Assembly (NCBI GenBank): GCA_027031485.1
Contig: JALVQI010000218.1
Location: forward strand, 1-63,256
Reading direction: 5' to 3'
DNA from: Candidatus Aminicenantes bacterium
GTDB lineage: Bacteria; Acidobacteriota; Aminicenantia; JAMOAD01
Length of the DNA: 63,256 nucleotides
Every line of letters starts with the position of its first letter. Positions within the stretch are counted from its first letter, which is position 1. This document shows, one piece after another, positions 54,459-63,256 of the stretch. A model generated the notes under the pieces. That model had not been told where the DNA came from. It made no database searches and saw nothing but the letters and a program-made list of their open reading frames with translations. The translations under genes were made by a program, and so were the position numbers.

Positions 54459-54611
54459 CTTTTGAAAGTGACTGTTATTAGTTGTTTTTTAAACAGTTGT
54501 ATGAAATTTATGATTGTAAAAAAATTTTTGACGCAGAGAGGGGGCTTTACAAAAGAAAATAAATTAATTACAATTTTTTACAAAGCAAGATAAAATTTAA
54601 AGGAGCAAGAA

Positions 54612-55769
54612 ATGGGCGATGAAAAATTTTTTAAGAATGAAATTGATTTGATTGATGTTTTCAGGGGCTTATGGAAGAGAAAGTTTTTTATTATAGGTGG
54701 AACTTTGCTTATTATTCTCATTAGCTTCGTAGGCTTTGAATTTTCTCCGAGAAATTTCAGAAGTAAAGGTTTTTTGAGATTATCTTCAGAGGATAATAAA
54801 ATGTTAATCCCCGATTATAAAAATTATTCTATTTTTTTTACAAACAAAAACAATTTTATCAAATATATTTCTGATACTTCCGGAGATAAAGACATAATAT
54901 CTTTTTTAGAATATAGATTTGATGGAAAATTTAATCTAAATGAAATAATAAGACCTGTCTATGCTTATTCACCGGAGGAAGTCAGAAATTTCAGGGTAAA
55001 CGAGAGGTTTAATTTTGTAAAGGGAGTTGATATTTCCTTAAAATCCGAGAATCCTGAAAAAAGTAAAAAAATTATCACTTATATTTCTGATTTTATAAAA
55101 AATTCCATTATTAAACAAATGATAGATGATCATATAGCACAGAATATATCAACTGTAGAAAAAAATATTGTTATCTATTCCAATAGAATATTACAGACAA
55201 AGTATAAAATAAATTCATTAAAAGAGAAAAAGAATAAACTTTTGCTTTTAGCTAAGAAGTTTCCCTCTTCTTTCCAATCAAACATTGTTGTGTCTGTGGA
55301 TAAAGGGGGTTATAACTATCTTCCGCCAAAGATTCAGGTTCTTGGTATTGAATCTCAGATTGTTGATTTGAAGCAGAGTTTAATTGTTTTAACTGACAGT
55401 AAAGAAGTAGAGGAGAAAAAGCTCTCCTTTTTCCGAAAAATGAAAAGCAGAATTGAAAAGGAAAAGCTGACCGATGATATCCTTAAAAATATTGTGTCAG
55501 AACTTAAAAGCTTTATTGACCCGGATCAATCCGAAAGTTATATAAAAAGACGGGTTTATTATTCTATATCAGAGGATATTGAGGATTTAAAGAGAATGTA
55601 CTATTCGGACATGAAGCTGATTTCAATAAACACAAATCCAGTGGGACTTGACATAAAAAGAGTTTTGTTTTTGGTTGCTCTTTTATCCTTTTTACTCTTA
55701 TCTTTTATAGCTGTGTTTCTTGAAAGTCATAGAGAAAATAAAAAGATTGGCGGGAGTTTTAAAAAGTGA
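54612..55769 (+). CDS. Polysaccharide chain-length determinant (Wzz/PCP-like, no kinase domain)
   Basis: The N-terminus IDLIDVFRGLWKRKFFIIGGTLLIILISFV (Wzz motif plus TM1), a long coiled periplasmic region, and the C-terminal TM VLFLVALLSFLLLSFIAVFL. Confidence 0.7.
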   Translation: MGDEKFFKNEIDLIDVFRGLWKRKFFIIGGTLLIILISFVGFEFSPRNFRSKGFLRLSSEDNKMLIPDYKNYSIFFTNKNNFIKYISDTSGDKDIISFLEYRFDGKFNLNEIIRPVYAYSPEEVRNFRVNERFNFVKGVDISLKSENPEKSKKIITYISDFIKNSIIKQMIDDHIAQNISTVEKNIVIYSNRILQTKYKINSLKEKKNKLLLLAKKFPSSFQSNIVVSVDKGGYNYLPPKIQVLGIESQIVDLKQSLIVLTDSKEVEEKKLSFFRKMKSRIEKEKLTDDILKNIVSELKSFIDPDQSESYIKRRVYYSISEDIEDLKRMYYSDMKLISINTNPVGLDIKRVLFLVALLSFLLLSFIAVFLESHRENKKIGGSFKK

Positions 55770-56066
55770 AAAGAGAATAAATATATGTTCGTGAAATTTA
55801 TGAAAGGGCTTTTATTTTTAGTATCTTTATTATAATGAGTGATATTTTATTCCTGATTATTATAACTCTTGAAAGCTGTGTTTCTTGTAAATTTTCTTGA
55901 AAGTTAAAAATTCCATAAGAGAATTTAGAATATCCCTCTCACTTTTTTAGTCCCAAAAGTAATGGAAAGATTTTAAATATGTGTATTAATCAATTTTGAA
56001 GAAAAATTTAATTATGGAGATTTCTCTTTTACTTGATTTTTATTTTATAATCTGTTAAAAAAATCT

Positions 56067-56900
56067 ATGCGAAAATATAAGCTTATAGTTTTCCTGATTT
56101 TTTTCTTTTCCCTTTCTTTTTTATTATTCTCACAAAATACAAAAACCGCGAATGTGAAAAAGAGCGATAAAGAGAAGTTTTCCAAAGAAAAGAAATCCGA
56201 AGAGACCAAATCTGAAGATGGAAAAGAGAGTGAAAAAAAGAAAAACTGGAAATCTTCTCTTTTTCTATCCTATACGATGAGTAAAGGCAATAGTGCGGGA
56301 GCTGCTTATTCGGGACAGGCTCAGTTTAACTATAATATTAGCGGTTTTACATTTTCCGGTTCCTATGAGCAGTATTACGGGAAAAATAAGGAGATTGTTA
56401 ACCTTAACAAGGGAAAAGCTTTTTTTACCTTTAACCGTCAAATAAAAGACGGGTTTAATATGAGTTCATCCGCAACATATGAGTATGATAGAATAGCCCA
56501 ATTGGATTATAGATTTAATTATGGAATAGGATTTAGCTATCTTAAGGGAGAGAAAACTTCAAAAAATTTTTCTTTCACCACAAATGTTGTATATGAAATT
56601 GATAATTATAGTGTTCCTGAGAAGGAGGACAGAAAGAATTTCAGATTGCAAATGTTTGCTCAAACAAATATAAACTTTCTTCAGTATTCATATTTTCAAG
56701 CATCGTTTTTATATACTCCTAACATAATAGAGTTCAGCAAAGATTATAGAATAGAAATCAAAACATCCATAAAATTTTTAATGACTTCCCCAATCTGGTT
56801 TAAATTCTCTATGCTGAACCAATTTAACAACACCCCCCCTTCGGATAAGATAAAAAAGAATGATCTTACCATGGTTACCGGTATAGAATTAACTATATGA
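56067..56900 (+). CDS. Putative outer-membrane beta-barrel protein (DUF481/YdiY-like)
   Basis: A signal peptide, then a K/E-rich linker, then alternating beta-strand patterning including WKSSLFLSYTMSKGNS. Confidence 0.45.
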   Translation: MRKYKLIVFLIFFFSLSFLLFSQNTKTANVKKSDKEKFSKEKKSEETKSEDGKESEKKKNWKSSLFLSYTMSKGNSAGAAYSGQAQFNYNISGFTFSGSYEQYYGKNKEIVNLNKGKAFFTFNRQIKDGFNMSSSATYEYDRIAQLDYRFNYGIGFSYLKGEKTSKNFSFTTNVVYEIDNYSVPEKEDRKNFRLQMFAQTNINFLQYSYFQASFLYTPNIIEFSKDYRIEIKTSIKFLMTSPIWFKFSMLNQFNNTPPSDKIKKNDLTMVTGIELTI

Positions 56901-56946
56901 TAACAAATTCTTTTATTCTACGTATTAAATAGTAAAAGGAGGAGTG

Positions 56947-58653
56947 ATGAGTAGAAAGACAGCTATTATAATAATTTTAGCTCTTTTTTTGATTTTTATT
57001 GTTGCAGTGGTTTTTGTTGCAAATAACATGGGGGCGGGGAAAATTTCCATTAAAAATAATACATATCTTGTAATTCCCCTTTACGGAAATATTCCTGATT
57101 ATTCAGTAAAACAGGGAATTTTTCCCGGGAAGGAGGAATTGACAATCTGGAATTTATACAGAGCAATTGAATTTGCTAAAAAAGATCCAAAAATTAAAGG
57201 GATTATTATAAAAATTTACAATCCTGCCATTGGAATGGGTAAAATAGAGGAAATTCTTGCTCTCTTTGATAATTTTAAAAAATCCGGCAAAAAAGTCTAT
57301 TCATTTATTGAATATGCCGGGATGAGAGATTATATGCTGGCATCTTTAAGTGATAAAATTTATATGATTCCAACGGGCACTCTTGTATTAAAGGGATTTT
57401 CTTTTGAAGTAATGTTTTATAAAGGGCTTCTTGAAAAATTGGGAATTAAAGCTGAGCTTTTACATATTGGTAAGTATAAAACAGCTTCAAATCTCTTTAC
57501 TGAAGACAGATTAACTCCTGCCCATAAAGAGGAAATGGAATATCTGTTAGATGAATTTTCAAACTATTTTCTTAATGTAGTCTCAAAAAACAGAAAAGTG
57601 AAAAAGGAAGATATTCAAAGAGTCTTTACTACCCCTTTTCTGTCACCTGAAAGAGCTAAAGAATTAAAATTTGTAGATTCCATCGCCTATTATGATCAGA
57701 TGATAGATGATATTTCAAAGTTTCATAGTAAACTCAAACCTTTTAAAAAAATAAAAAGAATCAGCTTTTCCTCTTTTCTTTACGGAAGAGTTTTACCTAT
57801 AAGAAGTAGAAACATAGCCATAATTTTTGCTTACGGTCAGATTGGAAGCGGAAAGAGTGGTTACAATCCTCTCTATGGAGATATGTTGGGTTCTGATACA
57901 CTAATAGCTGCAATTAGAAAAGCAAAGAAAGATTGCTCGGTTAAAGCAATTGTTTTGAGGGTGGATTCTCCGGGAGGTTCCGGAATGGCATCCGATGAAA
58001 TTCTAAGAGAATTAAAGTTAGCCGCTCAAAAAAAACCTGTTGTTGTTTCAATGGGAGATCTTGCTGCTTCAGGAGGTTATTGGATTTCAATGGCAGCAAA
58101 TGAAATAATAGCTCACAATATGACGTTGACAGGTTCAATAGGGGTGATAGCAGGAAAATTTTCTCTTAAGGGTTTTTATAGAAAACTTGGACTGAATGTG
58201 GAAAGGGTTGAAAAAGAAAAGTATGCCCATATCTTCAGCTCTGCGGAAGAATTCTCAAAGGAAGAGAGGGATCTTCTTTATAAGAACATAGAGAATTTCT
58301 ATGATAAGTTTCTTGAAGTTGTCTCTTCTAACAGAAAATTGGAGAAAAAAGAGGTTGATTCTGTTGGGAGAGGCAGGGTATGGACAGGTAAAAGCGCTCT
58401 GAAAATAAAATTGGTTGATAGGATAGGAGGATTACAGGATGCGATATCGGAAGCGGTCAGACTCTCAAAGATAGGTAAATATTATGGCATTAAAACTTTT
58501 CCTGAAAAAAGATCTTTCATTGAAACACTTTTGGAGGAGAGCCCTTTTCTTTCTGAGTTTAAAATAAAAAACATTAATAAGAATCTTTTACCTTACAAAA
58601 GTTTTGAAGCCATTGCCATAATGAACTATATTCCAACCCTTAAGGACAAATGA
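56947..58653 (+). CDS. sppA: Signal peptide peptidase SppA (two-domain 67K type)
   Basis: An N-terminal TM and duplicated ClpP/crotonase-like halves. GDLAASGGYWISMAANEIIA holds the Ser nucleophile motif. Confidence 0.85.
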   Translation: MSRKTAIIIILALFLIFIVAVVFVANNMGAGKISIKNNTYLVIPLYGNIPDYSVKQGIFPGKEELTIWNLYRAIEFAKKDPKIKGIIIKIYNPAIGMGKIEEILALFDNFKKSGKKVYSFIEYAGMRDYMLASLSDKIYMIPTGTLVLKGFSFEVMFYKGLLEKLGIKAELLHIGKYKTASNLFTEDRLTPAHKEEMEYLLDEFSNYFLNVVSKNRKVKKEDIQRVFTTPFLSPERAKELKFVDSIAYYDQMIDDISKFHSKLKPFKKIKRISFSSFLYGRVLPIRSRNIAIIFAYGQIGSGKSGYNPLYGDMLGSDTLIAAIRKAKKDCSVKAIVLRVDSPGGSGMASDEILRELKLAAQKKPVVVSMGDLAASGGYWISMAANEIIAHNMTLTGSIGVIAGKFSLKGFYRKLGLNVERVEKEKYAHIFSSAEEFSKEERDLLYKNIENFYDKFLEVVSSNRKLEKKEVDSVGRGRVWTGKSALKIKLVDRIGGLQDAISEAVRLSKIGKYYGIKTFPEKRSFIETLLEESPFLSEFKIKNINKNLLPYKSFEAIAIMNYIPTLKDK

Positions 58654-59255
58654 TATATATAGACAAACTTATAAATAGCGGACTTGGAGTTAATACCTAC
58701 ATGTTATTTTCCGGTAATTCATGCATTATTATTGATCCCGGAAGAGACTCTCTTGAACTTGTAAGAAAGATTCGTTCTATGCACTTAAACCCCATGATGA
58801 TTTTATTAACCCATGGCCATTTTGATCATATTGAAGGAATAGAAATCTTAAAGAGGGAATTTAATATTCCTTTTTTTATTCACAAGAATGATGAGGAGCT
58901 TTATTACAATCCTCTGAATGGGGGCGATTTTAGTTTCAGAAAACCTCCTATCGACGGATTTTTAAGGGAGGGAGATGAAATAAAATTAAACGACAATAAA
59001 ATAGATGTTATACATACTCCCGGCCACACAAAAGGCAGTGTCTCATTTTTCTTTTATCCGTATCTTGTTACCGGTGATACATTATTTTACGGAACAATAG
59101 GGAGAACAGATTTGCCAGGGGGAAGCTTTGAAGAACTCGTACACTCAATTAAAGAAAAGATATTAATTCTGCCTGAAGAAGTTGTTATATTACCGGGTCA
59201 TGGAGATGAGACAACTGTTGGATTTGAGAAGGAAGAGAATCCTTATTTGCAGTGA
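58650..59255 (+). CDS. MBL-fold metallo-hydrolase (glyoxalase II-like)
   Basis: LLTHGHFDHIEG (HxHxDH), HTPGHTKGS and LPGHG. Confidence 0.8.
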   Translation: MIYIDKLINSGLGVNTYMLFSGNSCIIIDPGRDSLELVRKIRSMHLNPMMILLTHGHFDHIEGIEILKREFNIPFFIHKNDEELYYNPLNGGDFSFRKPPIDGFLREGDEIKLNDNKIDVIHTPGHTKGSVSFFFYPYLVTGDTLFYGTIGRTDLPGGSFEELVHSIKEKILILPEEVVILPGHGDETTVGFEKEENPYLQ

Positions 59256-60133
59256 AAAGGGAAGAGATAATAAAGGAATATCTGACTTATTTGAAATTTG
59301 AAAAGGGTTTGGCTTCAAATACAGTAGAATCTTACAGAAGGGATGTTGAAAAATTTTTTCTTATTATAAATAAGAACTATGACAAGGTGGCGGAAAAGGA
59401 TATCTCGGAATATATCGTTAAACTGATTGCCGATGGGATAAGCCACCGTTCGGTTGCGAGAAATATTTCCGCATTAAAGTCCTTTTTCAAGTATTTACAG
59501 TATACTGAAAGGTTAAAGATAAATCCTCTCTCATTTATTTCTCAACCGAAACTATGGAAAAACCTTCCGGAGTACTTAAGCGTGGAAGAGGTGGAAAAAC
59601 TTTTAAACTTGCCCGATATTTCAAAAAGGGGAGGACTAAGGGATAAATCAATAATAGAACTTATGTATTCAACCGGAATAAGGGTTTCCGAACTTGTTAA
59701 TTTAAAACTTGATAAGATTAATCTTGATATGGGTTTTATTACGGTTTTTGGGAAGGGGAACAAGGAAAGGATTATTCCTTTTGGAGATGAAGCAAAGAAT
59801 TGGCTCTTGAAATATTTAAAAGAAGGGAGGAAAAAATTTCTTAAAGGTAAAGATTCTCCATACCTTTACTTAAATGCGAGAGGGGGGAAACTTTCCCGTC
59901 AGTATATATGGAAGATGTTAAAAAAGTATGGCCGAATGATAGGTATTGAAGATAAGATAAAACCACATATTCTGAGGCATTCATTCGCAACACATCTGCT
60001 CGAAAAGGGAGCTAACTTAAGATTGGTCCAAATACTATTGGGACATTCTCAAATATCAACAACGGAGATTTATACCTTTATTTCAAGAAAAAGGATAAAA
60101 GAAATTTATAAAAAGTTTCATCCGAGAGCTTAG
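59252..60133 (+). CDS. Tyrosine site-specific recombinase, XerC/XerD type
   Basis: An N-terminal SAM-like domain (YLKFEKGLASNTVESYRRDVEKF) and the catalytic LRHSFATHLLEKGANLRLVQILLGHSQISTTEIYT. Confidence 0.8.
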   Translation: MKREEIIKEYLTYLKFEKGLASNTVESYRRDVEKFFLIINKNYDKVAEKDISEYIVKLIADGISHRSVARNISALKSFFKYLQYTERLKINPLSFISQPKLWKNLPEYLSVEEVEKLLNLPDISKRGGLRDKSIIELMYSTGIRVSELVNLKLDKINLDMGFITVFGKGNKERIIPFGDEAKNWLLKYLKEGRKKFLKGKDSPYLYLNARGGKLSRQYIWKMLKKYGRMIGIEDKIKPHILRHSFATHLLEKGANLRLVQILLGHSQISTTEIYTFISRKRIKEIYKKFHPRA

Positions 60134-60135
60134 TT

Positions 60136-60734
60136 TCAAAAGATGAAAGAGGTTCCCCACGAGAAATAAAATCCGTTCTCAAAGCCACCTTCGATTTCAA
60201 TTTCAAGATTATCATTTGGTCTTATTGAAATCCCCATTGGTAATTTTATTACAGGGATTAAAGCTTGATATTTGTAGCTTTCATTATGATCCTGCCAATG
60301 GTCTATATAATATCTATAACCTTCAAACTTTGCAACTCCCACTCCTATCCCAATACCTATGTAGGGAGTGACAACAAAGGATGGGAGAATATTTAAGATA
60401 GCGGAATAGGTAAAGTTAATCTGGTTTAACTTAAAATAGGCCTGGGTCGGATAGTCATTTTTTTTCTGTTTCCAGATACCTCCACCTCTTAAATCAAAAA
60501 ATCTAAGTGAGTAAACGGAATAAAAGGTGCTCCTTATTCCATCTTTCTTAAATCTTTTGACCTTAATGCCTACCCCGTTTCCATTTATTGGCTGATATTG
60601 ATATAGGAATGAACTCTCAAAACTTTCGGTTATGAAAAATTTTCCAAAGTTAAGGTTCACTGCTGTTGTGTTATCAGCAAAGGAAAAACTAAGTAATAAA
60701 ACAAAAATAATTATAAAAATTAATATCCTTTTCA

Positions 60735-60735
<1 letters not shown>
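60136..60735 (-). CDS. Small outer-membrane beta-barrel protein
   Basis: The signal peptide is MKRILIFIIIFVLLLSFSFA/DN. There is an alternating strand pattern and a C-terminal ...SWGTSFIF with a terminal Phe. The start overlaps the guaB stop (TAATG). Confidence 0.6.
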
Positions 60736-62210
<1,475 letters not shown>

Positions 62211-63256
62211 CTATCTTCTCTTTTTTTTCTTTTTCCTGGAGGAAGGTAATTTACCCTTAATTTTATATTTCTGTTTTTGAGCTCTTTCAATTTCCTCCTC
62301 CGGAGCAGGTGTAAAATAAAATACATCTCTTAAAGCTTCCTCTTCAATTGTTCTCATGGTTTGTTCAAACATTATAAAACCTTCTCTTTTGTACTCAACA
62401 AGAGGGTCTCTCTGTCCGTATCCTCTGAGCCCTATTCCTTCTCTGAGATGGTCCATTGCCAGAAGATGCTCTTTCCACCTTGTATCTATTGTTTGAAGAA
62501 GAATGACCCTTTCAAACTCCCTCATCCTCTCTTTACCTACAAACTCTTCTTTGGCATTGTAAAATTCTCTTAGTTTCTCAAGCAAACTCTCAGTATATTC
62601 TGCTCCATCCATTTCATCCTTATTTATTCCTATTTCTTCAGGGTCTATTCCGAATTGAGATTTTACGGCTGTTCTAAAACTATCCCAGTCCCAATCTATG
62701 GAATAAACCTTTTCTTTTAGATTTGATTTTTCCGCTATTGAAAAAAGTATATCCTCCATAAGCTCCATAAAGTATTCTTTCTGGTCTTTTCCTTCCAGTA
62801 TCTCCCTTCTCATGCTATAAATTACTTCCCTTTGCTTGTTCATAACATCATCATAGTCAAGAAGATGTTTTCTAATGGAAAAGTTTTGTGCTTCTATTTG
62901 CTTCTGGGCTCTTTCAATAGCACTTGTTACCATTCTGTGTCTGATTGGTTCTCCCTCCTGAAGACCACTCAATCTCATAATATTCTTAAGTCTGTCTGCT
63001 CCCCAAATTCTCATAAGATCATCTTCAAGAGAGAGGAAAAACTTTGATGCCCCCGGATCTCCCTGTCTTCCGCATCTTCCTCTGAGCTGATTATCTATTC
63101 TTCTCGCCTCGTGTCTTTCTGTACCTATAACATAAAGACCACCTAACTCTATCACCTTATCGTGTTCCTCTCTGGTCTTTTTTTTAAAATCCTCTAAAAC
63201 CTTTTCCCATTCCTCTTTTTTTACCTCATTTAGTTTCTTACCTTTTTTTCTGAAAT
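62211..63256 (-). CDS. secA: Preprotein translocase ATPase SecA, C-terminal part (N-terminus beyond the window edge)
   Basis: GGLYVIGTERHEARRIDNQLRGRCGRQGDPG and ...DPLVEYKREGF. The frame stays open to nt 63256. The basic tail KKKKKRR has no Zn-finger Cys motif. Confidence 0.9.
   Translation of the reverse strand, partial: FRKKGKKLNEVKKEEWEKVLEDFKKKTREEHDKVIELGGLYVIGTERHEARRIDNQLRGRCGRQGDPGASKFFLSLEDDLMRIWGADRLKNIMRLSGLQEGEPIRHRMVTSAIERAQKQIEAQNFSIRKHLLDYDDVMNKQREVIYSMRREILEGKDQKEYFMELMEDILFSIAEKSNLKEKVYSIDWDWDSFRTAVKSQFGIDPEEIGINKDEMDGAEYTESLLEKLREFYNAKEEFVGKERMREFERVILLQTIDTRWKEHLLAMDHLREGIGLRGYGQRDPLVEYKREGFIMFEQTMRTIEEEALRDVFYFTPAPEEEIERAQKQKYKIKGKLPSSRKKKKKRR

Noticed and set aside
55805-55925. 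A degenerate duplicate of the wzz 3' end (agctgtgtttcttg...aaagt.a..ataagagaa, and KGLLFLVSLL versus KRVLFLVALL) in the gap after wzz.
   Set aside because: The similarity is real but short (about 100 nt) and stop-riddled. It is a small duplication scar with no apparent function.
59252-60133. The Xer-type tyrosine recombinase as a marker of a mobile island, or as an invertase controlling the array.
   Set aside because: It sits 30 kb from the array in a housekeeping-looking sppA-MBL-xer string with overlapping stops and starts. I saw no inverted repeats bracketing any array promoter, and the window has no transposase, att-like site or tRNA.
60131-60138. Convergent xer and OMP genes whose stop codons are only 2 bp apart, with no room for terminators.
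   Set aside because: This is common in compact genomes. There is no hairpin or other structure to interpret.

Overview
Visibly AT-rich bacterial contig, apparently from a diderm (sigma-54-type promoters, outer-membrane beta-barrel candidates, standard code 11). It has three parts. (1) nt 1-29068 is a co-directional array of 16 paralogous secreted proteins, one of them a clear pseudogene, plus at least three decayed relics. Each protein has a Sec signal peptide, then 1-6 copies of one ~95-100-aa Ig-like repeat (PHSGD.W.KG.TYTI.WTKSG.MNANVKIRL...NDGSYSWTVP...G.YYIRVKTIDNAVYDDS), then swappable tails that are mostly CARDB-like. Fourteen members carry their own TGGCAC-N5-TTGA (sigma-54 -24/-12 type) promoter 33-56 nt upstream of the start codon. 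Most also carry a TTCGACA/TGTCGA palindromic element about 80-95 bp further upstream. The array shows near-identical 5' cassettes, intragenic tandem repeats and gene relics, which point to ongoing recombination. This individually promoted, modular surface-protein repertoire is the best candidate for an undescribed system. (2) nt 29176-55769 is a ~27-kb surface-glycan operon. It starts with a near-consensus sigma-70 promoter and a GGCGGTAGCCTG ops-like element. It encodes two Wzx-like flippases, a Wzy/O-antigen-ligase-like protein, Wzz, a WecA-like initiating transferase, five glycosyltransferases, three methyltransferases, AsnB, two sulfotransferases, a UDP-sulfoquinovose-synthase homologue with a Cys-rich N-terminal extension, a CPPC thioredoxin and Fcl. 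(3) nt 56067-63256 holds housekeeping genes: sppA, an MBL hydrolase, a Xer recombinase, OMPs, guaB and partial secA. I recognised no rRNA, tRNA, CRISPR array or transposase.
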